Shown: positions 20,381-31,830 of the stretch, piece by piece
How positions within the stretch are numbered: the stretch's first letter is position 1
Layout of the letters: the number at the start of each line of letters is the position of its first letter
From: an uncultured Gammaproteobacteria bacterium
GTDB taxonomy: Bacteria > Patescibacteriota > Microgenomatia > UBA10105 > UBA927
Reading direction: 5' to 3'
Length of the DNA: 55,380 nt
Assembly (NCBI GenBank): GCA_964394685.1
Contig: CAYMYO010000004.1
Location: 9,063 to 64,442, forward strand
Notes under the pieces: generated by a model
The model's database searches: none
Seen by the model: only the letters and a program-made list of their open reading frames with translations
Told to the model about the DNA's origin: nothing
Position numbers and translations under genes: made by a program

Positions 20381-22405
20381 TTATTTTCCAACAAATTGAA
20401 TGACAAGTGGAGCAATGAGTAGTGCCACGACTTGTACAATTTTCATCATTGGATTGAGTGCGGGTCCTGCAGTATCTTTGAGCGGATCCCCCACTGTGTC
20501 TCCGACAACTGCTGCTTTATGTGTGTCACTTCCCTTTCCTCCAAAATTTCCATCTTCAACGTATTTTTTTGCATTGTCCCACGCTCCACCGGTATTACAC
20601 ATAAAAAATGCAAGCATAAGTCCGACTATAACAACACCCCCTAAAAATCCACCGAGCGCTTCCGCTCCTAATGCTCCTGCTAAAATAGGTGATATAACGA
20701 CAATTGCAGCAGGAATAACGAGTTCTTTTTGTGCTGCTTCCGTTACGATTGCTACAACTTTCGAATAATCAGGAAGCGCTTTCCCTTCCATAATGCCCTT
20801 GATTTCTCTAAATTGTCTCCGCACTTCTTCTACTACCTGAAATGCAGCGCGTCCGACTGAATTAATAAGGCGAGAGCTAAACAAAAATGGTAATGCTCCT
20901 CCGAGAAGGACTCCAACAAATACTTTTGGATTTGCTATATTAATGGTCGATAAGCCTGTTGCTTCAAAATACGTTGCAAAGAGAGAGCTTGCTGCAACTG
21001 CTGCTGATCCAACCGCAAACCCTTTTGTTAACGCCTTTGTCGTATTTCCTACTGCATCAAGGCCGCTGGTTACTGCCGGTGCTTTCCCTTTGAGTCCTGC
21101 CATTTCTACCATTCCCTGAGCGTTATCGGCAATCGGACCAAAGGTATCAAGAGCCATGATGATACCGGTTGTAGCGAGCATTCCCATACCGACCAGTGAA
21201 ATTCCATAAAATCCAAAAATCAGGTATCCGGTATAAATGGCTGCGGCTACAACAATCACGGATATGGTTGTTGATTCCATGCCAAGTCCAAGTCCTGCAA
21301 TGATATTCGTTCCGGCGCCGGTTCTGGAGGCTGTTGCAATACTCACAACTGGTTTTTCACCGGGACCCGTGTAGTATTTTGTGATAAGAAGCAAAGCTCC
21401 CATCGCAATAAGTCCTGCCACTGCTGCGTATCCCGCGCGAGGTTCATTTAATAAGTATATTGAAAGCCCCATGAAAACAACTGCCGCGGATATTGCTGAA
21501 ACCATAAAGCCGCGGATAAGCGGTTTAATAGGATCTTCCTTATCATTTTTTGCTTTTACAAAAAATGTTCCGAGAATGGACGTTAAAATTGCACCTGACC
21601 GGGCAAGAAGAGGAAATACTACTCCTTTGAGGCCAAATATACTTCCACCCAAAATCATAGCTGCAACGATTGTTAATGCATAGGATTCAAATACATCTGC
21701 TGCCATTCCGGCACAGTCTCCGACATTGTCTCCAACGTTATCGGCAATGGTTGCCGGATTTCGTGGATCATCTTCAGGAATCCCCTTTTCAACTTTTCCA
21801 ACAAGATCTGCTCCGACGTCAGCTGCTTTGGTAAATATTCCTCCCCCAACCCGCATAAATAAGGCAAGAAGCGCTGCTCCAAAACCATAGCCTACAAGAA
21901 CAGTCGTTGCGCTTTTAGCGACAGCGTCTGCTCCTTGGGAAATAAAAGAAAAATAAGACCACATGTAGATAAGAGAAACGCCCAATAATCCCAATCCCAC
22001 AACAAGCATTCCATTGACAGTTCCGGCTCCAAATGCGGTTCGAAGTGCTGGATTAAGTCCTTTTAGCGCATTATTTGCAGTTCGGACGTTTGCTTTCACC
22101 GCTATCCACATACCAAAATACCCGATGATAGCAGAGAATGTTGCTCCTAATAGGAAGGTAACAGCTATTCCAACTCCCAGTCCCCACGCAAGAAGAACAG
22201 CCAGAACGAGCATAATGGGAAGAACTACTTTGAATTGTTTGGCTAGGTATGCCATCGCTCCGTCAGAAATGGCTTTGGCTATGGCTTTCAGCTTATCTGA
22301 ACCTTCATCTTCAGCGAGTGTTCGCTTAGATAGATATACTCCGTAGGCAAGAGCAATGAGCGCTGTTATTGGGGCAGTAAATAGTGCAATGACTTGAATG
22401 TCCAT
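20381..22405 (-). CDS. hppA: Membrane-bound pyrophosphatase, predicted K+-independent H+-PPase
   Basis: [26 protein letters not shown] (Lys at the K+-dependence position), [15 protein letters not shown]. Confidence 0.95.
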   Translation of the reverse strand: MDIQVIALFTAPITALIALAYGVYLSKRTLAEDEGSDKLKAIAKAISDGAMAYLAKQFKVVLPIMLVLAVLLAWGLGVGIAVTFLLGATFSAIIGYFGMWIAVKANVRTANNALKGLNPALRTAFGAGTVNGMLVVGLGLLGVSLIYMWSYFSFISQGADAVAKSATTVLVGYGFGAALLALFMRVGGGIFTKAADVGADLVGKVEKGIPEDDPRNPATIADNVGDNVGDCAGMAADVFESYALTIVAAMILGGSIFGLKGVVFPLLARSGAILTSILGTFFVKAKNDKEDPIKPLIRGFMVSAISAAVVFMGLSIYLLNEPRAGYAAVAGLIAMGALLLITKYYTGPGEKPVVSIATASRTGAGTNIIAGLGLGMESTTISVIVVAAAIYTGYLIFGFYGISLVGMGMLATTGIIMALDTFGPIADNAQGMVEMAGLKGKAPAVTSGLDAVGNTTKALTKGFAVGSAAVAASSLFATYFEATGLSTINIANPKVFVGVLLGGALPFLFSSRLINSVGRAAFQVVEEVRRQFREIKGIMEGKALPDYSKVVAIVTEAAQKELVIPAAIVVISPILAGALGAEALGGFLGGVVIVGLMLAFFMCNTGGAWDNAKKYVEDGNFGGKGSDTHKAAVVGDTVGDPLKDTAGPALNPMMKIVQVVALLIAPLVIQFVGK

Positions 22406-22448
22406 AAATAATTCCTTTCTTTTAACCTTCCTATTATATATAACTCCT

Positions 22449-24401
<1,953 letters not shown>

Positions 24402-24424
24402 TTACATAAGAAGCTTAACTATCA

Positions 24425-25087
24425 TTAATTGTATAAGAAAGAGACAATTTTGTCGATAGCAAGTTTATACGAAACGTTAGCGGCAAGATGTTGCGACGCT
24501 TGTAATAATCGTTGCATAAAATTCCGATAAATTGTTGAAGATATGGTGTCACGGTTGGCGTGGAGTATGTGTATGGCTTGTTCAATCCAAGCTCTTGCTT
24601 CTTCTTTATTTGATATTTCACTGTCAAGAAGTGCAATTTTTTTTCCGATAGAAAGTTGGGTATCACAGAGTTGCAATATTGTTGAAAGGGATGGTTGCGA
24701 AGCCGCGTTTGACGCAGGCTTCGTAGTTAATTGTATTATTTGACAGCGCGAAAGAATAGTGGGAAGAAGAGATGAACTTGATTGTGATTCTATATAAATT
24801 TTTGTATGTTTAGGCGGCTCCTCGAGTGTTTTCAGGAGTGCATTTTGCGCTTCCGTTGTTAAAAGTTCGGCGTTAGGGATGATGCCAATAGTAAAAGGTG
24901 ACGATAAAGGGGTTAGGAATAAGTTTTTTTGCCACGGTCGTATATCAGCTATGCCAATAGACAGTGCTTCTTCTTTTGGAATAAGATGATGCACATCATA
25001 CGCGCTTACGTGAAGTTCGGTACAAATATTCGCAATATACTCTAAACGATTTTTTGCAGTTCCTCCTGTAATATAAAATGTATGCAT
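24425..25087 (-). CDS. holB: DNA polymerase III delta' (HolB)-like protein, shortened
   Basis: AELLTTEAQNALLKTLEEPP and LLPTILSRC motifs; no Walker A or Zn module; start MHTF at 25087 preferred. Confidence 0.8.
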   Translation of the reverse strand: MHTFYITGGTAKNRLEYIANICTELHVSAYDVHHLIPKEEALSIGIADIRPWQKNLFLTPLSSPFTIGIIPNAELLTTEAQNALLKTLEEPPKHTKIYIESQSSSSLLPTILSRCQIIQLTTKPASNAASQPSLSTILQLCDTQLSIGKKIALLDSEISNKEEARAWIEQAIHILHANRDTISSTIYRNFMQRLLQASQHLAANVSYKLAIDKIVSFLYN

Positions 25088-25132
25088 ACGCTCTTGCAAT
25101 ATATCATAAAAGAATGAATAATAAGTAGTGAT

Positions 25133-26854
25133 ATGCCTGCCTCTACACAAGAACTATTAGACGTATTAATAAAAGAAAACCGTATCACGAAAGAACAATC
25201 GGATGCGGTGTATCTGGAAGCAATTAATACCGGTGACCAAATTGAGACACTGCTTCTTAAACAGCATTTGGTAAATGAAGAGGATCTTCTGAAAGCCCGT
25301 GCAACTCTTAATAATATCCCCTATGTTGCGCTTTCAAGCGTTGCTTTTTCGCCTGAGTTTATCAACTATATTCCAGAGGCGGTTGCTCGAAAATACACAC
25401 TCCTTCCATTTGAGTATGATGAACCAACTAATACACTTTCTGTTGCCATGGCAGATCCGTTGGACGCACAAGTTATTGATTTTTTGGAGAAAAAAACCGA
25501 CAAATCCATCAAATCGTTCATGGCGGTGAAAGAGGATATTATTTCATCGATAGAGAATCTCTATACACAGCATTTAGGTGAGGATGTTTCGAAAGCTCTC
25601 AAAGAATCAACGCCATCCGAGATAAAAACTTATGAAGCAGGACACTTAAATGAAGTGATCCGTGAAGCTCCAATTGCGCAGATTGTATCAGCAGTGCTTG
25701 AACAAGCAATCAGAATTAAAGCATCAGATGTTCATATTGAGCCACAAGAAACAGAAACGCGTGTTCGGTATCGCGTTGACGGAATTTTACAAGAGCGGTT
25801 GCTCTTGCCGCGTCGTCTTCACGAAGCGGTCATTTCCCGTATCAAAATTCTCGGAGATATGAAAATTGATGAGAAACGAATTCCTCAGGATGGACGGTTT
25901 AATTTCAAAATGGGTTTGGAGGAGATTGATCTTCGTGTATCATCACTTCCAACGGTTCACGGTGAAAAAATCGTGATGAGACTTCTTAAAAAATCAGGCG
26001 GAGTCCCAACCTTGCAAGAGCTTGGACTTCGAGGGTTAGCAATTAAGCATTTAGAAACGTCTATTGCTCGTCCACACGGCATTATTCTTGTTACCGGTCC
26101 AACTGGATCAGGAAAAACAACAACTCTCTATTCAGTCTTAAATAAACTTAACAACGCACGGGTTAATATTGTGACATTGGAAGATCCGGTTGAATATCAA
26201 ATAGCAGGAGTGAATCAAGTGCAAATTAATCCCGCAGCGGGATTAACATTTGCCTCCGGACTTCGATCTTTTCTTAGGCAGGATCCAAACATTATACTTG
26301 TTGGAGAAATTCGTGATAAAGAAACAACAGATCTCGCTGTTCAGGCAGCTCTTACTGGTCACTTGGTATTTTCAACGTTACACACGAATAACGCCTCAGG
26401 AGCCATCCCTCGGCTTATTGATCTTGGAGCAGAGCCATTTTTAATTGCTTCAGCACTTAACTGTGTCGCTGGTCAAAGGATTTCTCGCAAGGTTTGTCCA
26501 ACGTGTAAAGAAGAATACGTTCCTGAACTACAAGTGCTTGAGGATATGAAAGCAGTGTTGGGACCTTTATTTCCAAATACATCCGAAATAAAGCTTTATC
26601 GAGGAAAAGGGACAAATGGCAATACGCAATGTACAACATGTGTGGGAAGTGGCTACAGCGGAAGAATTGGGGTATTTGAACTGTTCCCCATTTCAGATGC
26701 TATTAGCAAACTTACCTTGTCACGAGCAACCATGCAGGAGATTGAAACACAAGCAGTGAGTGAAGGAATGATTACGATGAAACAAGATGGGTATTTAAAG
26801 GTACTTGAAGGAATGACATCAATAGAAGAAGTTTTGCGCGTTGCGCAGGATTAA
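25133..26854 (+). CDS. pilB: Type IV pilus assembly ATPase PilB/GspE
   Basis: ASDVHIEP, GPTGSGKTT, TLEDPVE, LRQDPNII, TGHLVFSTLH, CxxC pairs. Confidence 0.95.
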   Translation: MPASTQELLDVLIKENRITKEQSDAVYLEAINTGDQIETLLLKQHLVNEEDLLKARATLNNIPYVALSSVAFSPEFINYIPEAVARKYTLLPFEYDEPTNTLSVAMADPLDAQVIDFLEKKTDKSIKSFMAVKEDIISSIENLYTQHLGEDVSKALKESTPSEIKTYEAGHLNEVIREAPIAQIVSAVLEQAIRIKASDVHIEPQETETRVRYRVDGILQERLLLPRRLHEAVISRIKILGDMKIDEKRIPQDGRFNFKMGLEEIDLRVSSLPTVHGEKIVMRLLKKSGGVPTLQELGLRGLAIKHLETSIARPHGIILVTGPTGSGKTTTLYSVLNKLNNARVNIVTLEDPVEYQIAGVNQVQINPAAGLTFASGLRSFLRQDPNIILVGEIRDKETTDLAVQAALTGHLVFSTLHTNNASGAIPRLIDLGAEPFLIASALNCVAGQRISRKVCPTCKEEYVPELQVLEDMKAVLGPLFPNTSEIKLYRGKGTNGNTQCTTCVGSGYSGRIGVFELFPISDAISKLTLSRATMQEIETQAVSEGMITMKQDGYLKVLEGMTSIEEVLRVAQD

Positions 26855-26865
26855 AGGAGTTTTTT

Positions 26866-27921
26866 ATGACCATGAACGAATTGTGTGCAGAAGCAGCAAG
26901 GTTGGAAGCATCGGATATTCATATCATATCCGGATATCCTCCGATGATGAGACTTGCCGGGAAATTGCAGCCTGTGAGTAAAGAAGCAATTCTCACACCT
27001 GTTATGGCGAAAGATCTCTTATTGTCTACATGTTCGAGTGAACAAAAAGAATTATTTTTGACCAATAAGGAACTCGATTTTTCTTACGTTGTTCCTCAAG
27101 GACGTTTTCGGGTAAATATTTATCTTCAACGCGATACGGTTGCAGGTGCATTTCGATACATCCCGACAAAAATTCGTAGTCTTGAAGAATTAGGACTCCC
27201 GTTAATACTCACAGAATTTATTAAGCTTCGTCAGGGTCTTGTTCTTGTGACCGGTCCGACAGGTCAAGGAAAATCAACAACACTTGCAGCTATGATTGAA
27301 CGCATTAACCAAACAAAGGCAGAGCATATTATTACCATAGAGGATCCCATTGAATATATGTATTCCCCGGCTATGTCCATTATTTCCCAGCGCGAGATGC
27401 ATGGAGACACCCATTCATGGTCAGTTGCGCTGCGAAGCGTCCTCCGGGAAGATCCGGATGTGGTTCTTATCGGGGAAATGCGTGATTTTGAAACAATAGC
27501 TGCGGCTATCACCATTGCGGAAACCGGACATTTGGTATTTGCAACCTTACATACCAATTCAGCAAGTCAAACAGTTGATCGTATTGTTGATGTATTTCCT
27601 GAACACCAGCAGGAACAAGTGAGATTGCAATTATCCAATGCGCTTGAAGCTGTCGTATCCCAGCGTCTCGTACCGACATTAAATGGCGGGAGAATGACCG
27701 TTGCTGAAATTATGACAGGATCGTCTGCGGTGAAGTCAATCATTCGTGAAGGAAAAACCCATCAACTGGATAATGTTATTCAAACGTCAGCTGAATTTGG
27801 AATGGCAACACTTGAGGCATCATTGGCTCAAGCAGTAAAAGACGGCAAAATTAGCATTGACGTAGCGACAACATACGCACTTAGACCAGAAGATATTGGC
27901 CGATTATTAAAAAGGGTGTAA
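26866..27921 (+). CDS. pilT: Type IV pilus retraction ATPase PilT
   Basis: GPTGQGKSTT, TIEDPIE, LREDPD, AETGHLVFATLH, AIRN-like SIIRE. Confidence 0.93.
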   Translation: MTMNELCAEAARLEASDIHIISGYPPMMRLAGKLQPVSKEAILTPVMAKDLLLSTCSSEQKELFLTNKELDFSYVVPQGRFRVNIYLQRDTVAGAFRYIPTKIRSLEELGLPLILTEFIKLRQGLVLVTGPTGQGKSTTLAAMIERINQTKAEHIITIEDPIEYMYSPAMSIISQREMHGDTHSWSVALRSVLREDPDVVLIGEMRDFETIAAAITIAETGHLVFATLHTNSASQTVDRIVDVFPEHQQEQVRLQLSNALEAVVSQRLVPTLNGGRMTVAEIMTGSSAVKSIIREGKTHQLDNVIQTSAEFGMATLEASLAQAVKDGKISIDVATTYALRPEDIGRLLKRV

Positions 27922-27926
27922 TCAGC

Positions 27927-29135
27927 ATGGGATTTTTTAAATACAAAGCAATTTCTCCAAATGGAAAGCCAACGATTGGTCTTGTTGAGGCGACTAGTGA
28001 AGATCAAGCATCAAAGTTACTGAAAGAAAAACAACTCTTCGTTATTTCATTGAAAGAGACGAGTGAAAAATCTATTACATCAAGGTTTGATAAGCTCCAA
28101 AAAGTCGGTTTTAATGATATTGTTAATTTTACCAGACAACTTTCAACAATGGTGACAGCTGGTCTTTCTATTCCTGATTCATTGAACATTCTTCATGCGC
28201 AGACAACAAATGCTCTCTTTGCACAGGTGTTATCAGATATCGAACGAGTAATTGTTGGAGGAGGAAATTTTGGCGATGCTTTAGCAAAATATCCGCAATA
28301 TTTTACGCCTATTTATATTTCTCTTATTCGAGCAGGTGAAGCTTCGGGAATGCTCGATAAGGTATTGGAACAACTCGCTGATACGCTTGAAGTTCAACGC
28401 GAGTTTCGGGGAAAAGTTGTTGGAGCGCTTATTTATCCAGCCATTATCGTTATTGGCATGGTAGTGGTTGTTATCATTATGATGGTTGTTGTTATGCCAA
28501 AACTGACGGATTTATACAAGGATTTTGGCGTAAAACTTCCTGTTACGACTCAGATGCTTATATCGTTGTCTAATTTTATTATCCATGATTGGTGGCTTGT
28601 TATTCTTATAGCAGCTGGAATATCGTATGGCTTTTCTCGATGGAAAAAAACAGACATCGGTGTGTATACGATTGACACCATCGCTTTAAAAATTCCTTTA
28701 TTTGGAGAACTTCAAAAAAAGACGATACTTGTTGAGTTTACCCGAACACTCGCTATGCTTTTATCAGCAGGTATTCATATCTTAGATGCATTGAAAATAT
28801 TAAAAAGCTCTTTAAACAATGTGCTGTATCGTAACGCAATAGAAGATATTTCTAAACGGGTTGAAAAAGGTTTTCAGCTGGCTGACACATTTGCCTCACA
28901 TAAAGAATTTCCTCCGATTGTATCTCAAATGCTTAAAGTTGGGGAGGAAACAGGAAAGATCGATGACACGCTCCTTAAATTATCCAATTATTTCCAGTCA
29001 GAAACAGAACAAATGGTGAAGGGCTTAACGACGGCAATTGAGCCGATCATCATGGTGGTATTGGGAGTTGGTATTGGATTTATTGTGCTGTCGGTTATTA
29101 CACCAATATATAATTTGACAGCACAATTTAAATAG
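27927..29135 (+). CDS. pilC: Type IV pilus platform protein PilC/GspF
   Basis: FTRQLSTMVTAG, GEASGMLD, GEETGKID, IEPI; three TM segments. Confidence 0.95.
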   Translation: MGFFKYKAISPNGKPTIGLVEATSEDQASKLLKEKQLFVISLKETSEKSITSRFDKLQKVGFNDIVNFTRQLSTMVTAGLSIPDSLNILHAQTTNALFAQVLSDIERVIVGGGNFGDALAKYPQYFTPIYISLIRAGEASGMLDKVLEQLADTLEVQREFRGKVVGALIYPAIIVIGMVVVVIIMMVVVMPKLTDLYKDFGVKLPVTTQMLISLSNFIIHDWWLVILIAAGISYGFSRWKKTDIGVYTIDTIALKIPLFGELQKKTILVEFTRTLAMLLSAGIHILDALKILKSSLNNVLYRNAIEDISKRVEKGFQLADTFASHKEFPPIVSQMLKVGEETGKIDDTLLKLSNYFQSETEQMVKGLTTAIEPIIMVVLGVGIGFIVLSVITPIYNLTAQFK

Positions 29136-29143
29136 AATTACAG

Positions 29144-29205
29144 TTGACATCGGGGAAATAAGTCCGTACAGTTATAGTAGAAGATATTTTTAGGATAGGA
29201 GGTGA
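29144..29205 (+). promoter_or_regulatory. Sigma70 promoter and strong SD for the probable major pilin
   Basis: TTGACA (29144) - 17 bp - TACAGT (29167); AGGAGGTGA at 29197-29205. Confidence 0.75.
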
Positions 29206-29209
29206 TAAC

Positions 29210-29779
29210 ATGAGAAAAATAACTTTTCGCAAAGCCTGCCTGCCGGCGAGGCAGGGATTTACATTAGTAGAGCTTCTTATCGTTATCGCCTTGTTGGGAG
29301 CTTTGGCCATTGGTCTTATTGGAGCACTTGACCCATTTGAACAGCTCAAAAAAGGAACGGATACGGGAACACGGGATTTGGTAAACCAAGTCCAGACAGC
29401 AGTGCTACGGTATTATGCAACAACCAACAAAATGCCGTGGACAGATCAATCGACAGCGTTTAGTGCGACACTTCTTGACGCCGCAAATATGAATACAGCG
29501 ATCTCTTCTATGGCAGCAGCAGGAGAGATGAAATCGAATTTTAGTGTAATTTATAAAAATCAATTAGATAAAGTCTGGGTGACGTATGTACCTTCATCTC
29601 CAACAACATCTGTTGAAGTACGGGTATGTTATCAACCGGCCTCAAAATCATTTCAAGTTGATCCTGCAACGAAATATTTAAATGACCATACTGGAATTGA
29701 AAATACAACTAAAACAGGGGCAACAGCATGTAAGAGTAGTGATACAACAGGTGTTAATTGTGATTGGTGTGTTCAATAA
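29210..29779 (+). CDS. Type IV pilin, probable major pilin
   Basis: G|FTLVELL class III signal; dedicated promoter and SD; Ser/Thr-rich with C-terminal Cys residues. Confidence 0.9.
   Translation: MRKITFRKACLPARQGFTLVELLIVIALLGALAIGLIGALDPFEQLKKGTDTGTRDLVNQVQTAVLRYYATTNKMPWTDQSTAFSATLLDAANMNTAISSMAAAGEMKSNFSVIYKNQLDKVWVTYVPSSPTTSVEVRVCYQPASKSFQVDPATKYLNDHTGIENTTKTGATACKSSDTTGVNCDWCVQ
29235..29255. repeat. 21-bp mini-palindrome CCTGCCTGCCGGCGAGGCAGG in a prepilin leader
   Basis: Removal gives MRKITFRKG|FTL; identical to 36832-36852. Confidence 0.9.
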
Positions 29780-29784
29780 AAGAC

Positions 29785-31830
29785 GTGAAACGAACTATAA
29801 CACATAAACCGCGATGGATAACTATCGCGGTTTATGGTATTCCAGCAATTCTTTCTATCCTTTTTGCCTTTCTGTATGTGAGGATGCAAATGATTGGTTT
29901 GTATGGAGGAGATGCAGGAGATCTTGTAACCCATGCATATCTATTTGGGATTCCCCATCCACCAGGATATCCTCTCTATACATTGTTATCTGGATTGATT
30001 TCTCATAATATTCCTTGGAATTCTATTGAATGGAGAGTCGGACTCATGTCCTCTCTTCCAACTGCTCTGTCAATGTTTTTTCTTTGGCGGGTTATTTTCC
30101 GTATATCAAAATCCATTCTTGCTACTACCCTTGCAGTTATTTCTTATGGACTATTCGGTCCGGTATGGCTCAGTGCAATCACTCAGGAAGTCTTTGGAGT
30201 ATTTAGTTTATTGGCTGTCGTTTGGGTAGAACGGTATAGTACTTGGATAGAGGAGAAACAAACAAAACAACTTCTATTTCTTTCTTTTTGGACAGGATTG
30301 TCACTCACCCATCATCAATTAATTATTCTTTGTATCATTCCAGCTGTTTTTCTTGTTATTAGTCGATATAGAGACTTAGTAAAGCAAGCACTTTCCAATT
30401 GGTGGAAAATTTTTTTGTGTGTATTGATTGGACTGCTTCCCTATCTCTATATACCATTTTCCGCGCGATTTAGCACACTATTTACTCAGGAGAATGCATC
30501 GACAATCGAAGGATTTTTTCGTTTAGTGACACGGGCATCGTATGGATCTTTTCGTGCGACAGCCAATATGACCCCGACGATAATCGATCGTCTGCTCAAT
30601 GTATTTACTTTTTTTCAATTTTCCCTTCGTGATCTCGGTATTGTTGGCTCTTTTGTTCTTTTTATTGGTGTTGTTGTGCTACGAAATAAGCAGCGTGGTG
30701 TGTATGATTATTTGCTTGGATGCCTTTTTTTATGGATATTTTATTTTTTCTATGCGGGATTTCCTCAACTATTAAATTATCAAATCGGAACAATAGAGAG
30801 GTTTTTTGTCATTCCTTATCAATATTTTGTCATCTTTCTTTCTGTTGGAATTTCTTGGTTCATTGATACAATCAGAGAAAGATTTCTCAAAAGGCCAATA
30901 ATAGCAAAATTAGGCATCAGCGTATTTTGTGTTTTTATTGTGTATGCATCATGGCCGCGTATTCAAACAAATATTCGTGCGTTTACTTATCTTAAGAACG
31001 ATCATTCAATGGAGAAACTCGCTGATGATCTCCTTGCGAGCGCACCAAAAAACAGCATTCTTTTTCTTTCCGAAGATACTACGATCTATACTATGTATGA
31101 CGCGCTATATGTACATGGGCTTCGACCTGATGTTCATTTTATTCGTCCTCAATTTTTATCTCTCCCCCATTATCGAGCATATATTCGTAAAGCATATCCC
31201 GACCTTTACGTTCCGCCGGAGAAACAAGGGACATCGACTAGTGAAGTAATTTCTGATTTTATGACAAGAAATATGCAACAGTATCCTATCATGAGTGATC
31301 AACCGCTATCGTGGATTGATGGGTTATGGCTTCCGCATGGACTTTTGTATTTGTATTTTCCTGATAAAAACGGAACTCTTGATTATGCACCCCTTTATGA
31401 GATTAATCAGAATCTTTGGAAGCAATTTTCTCTACCAGAATCATTATTTTTGTATCAAAAAGAATTACCGATGCTTTCTGATGTCCTTCGGGTCTATAGT
31501 CAACACCGGGTGAATCTTGCAAATATAGCTGTTCTTGCGCATATGCCTCTGACAAACATTCTGCCTGAGCTTCAAGAGGCGCTTCGATTAGCGGTGAATA
31601 TCGTACCGGAATATTATCTTTCGCCAGTTATCTTGTTATTAAAAGATAATCGGTGTTTTGACGCAAAAGAAGTATTGGCGGTTGTTTACAGAACCTGGGG
31701 AGCTGACAAGGCGGTGTTGCGTCAGTATGTATCATGGCAAGATGCGTGTGGATCAGACGATGAAGTTGATGGTATTGTCACTTTATTCCGAAAACAGTTT
31801 CCGAAGGAAACGGATGCGCTTTCGAAATAA
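29785..31830 (+). CDS. DUF2723/TMEM260-like GT-C membrane glycosyltransferase
   Basis: GGDAGDL...GIPHPPGYPLY signature, multiple TMs; GTG start at 29785 preferred. Confidence 0.85.
   Translation: MKRTITHKPRWITIAVYGIPAILSILFAFLYVRMQMIGLYGGDAGDLVTHAYLFGIPHPPGYPLYTLLSGLISHNIPWNSIEWRVGLMSSLPTALSMFFLWRVIFRISKSILATTLAVISYGLFGPVWLSAITQEVFGVFSLLAVVWVERYSTWIEEKQTKQLLFLSFWTGLSLTHHQLIILCIIPAVFLVISRYRDLVKQALSNWWKIFLCVLIGLLPYLYIPFSARFSTLFTQENASTIEGFFRLVTRASYGSFRATANMTPTIIDRLLNVFTFFQFSLRDLGIVGSFVLFIGVVVLRNKQRGVYDYLLGCLFLWIFYFFYAGFPQLLNYQIGTIERFFVIPYQYFVIFLSVGISWFIDTIRERFLKRPIIAKLGISVFCVFIVYASWPRIQTNIRAFTYLKNDHSMEKLADDLLASAPKNSILFLSEDTTIYTMYDALYVHGLRPDVHFIRPQFLSLPHYRAYIRKAYPDLYVPPEKQGTSTSEVISDFMTRNMQQYPIMSDQPLSWIDGLWLPHGLLYLYFPDKNGTLDYAPLYEINQNLWKQFSLPESLFLYQKELPMLSDVLRVYSQHRVNLANIAVLAHMPLTNILPELQEALRLAVNIVPEYYLSPVILLLKDNRCFDAKEVLAVVYRTWGADKAVLRQYVSWQDACGSDDEVDGIVTLFRKQFPKETDALSK

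Noticed and set aside
25133-25142. ATGCCTGCC at the pilB start (also CCTGCCT before pilM and CCGGCAGG at the dnaB end)
   Set aside because: Half-sites of 9 bp or less with no matching arm; compatible with chance
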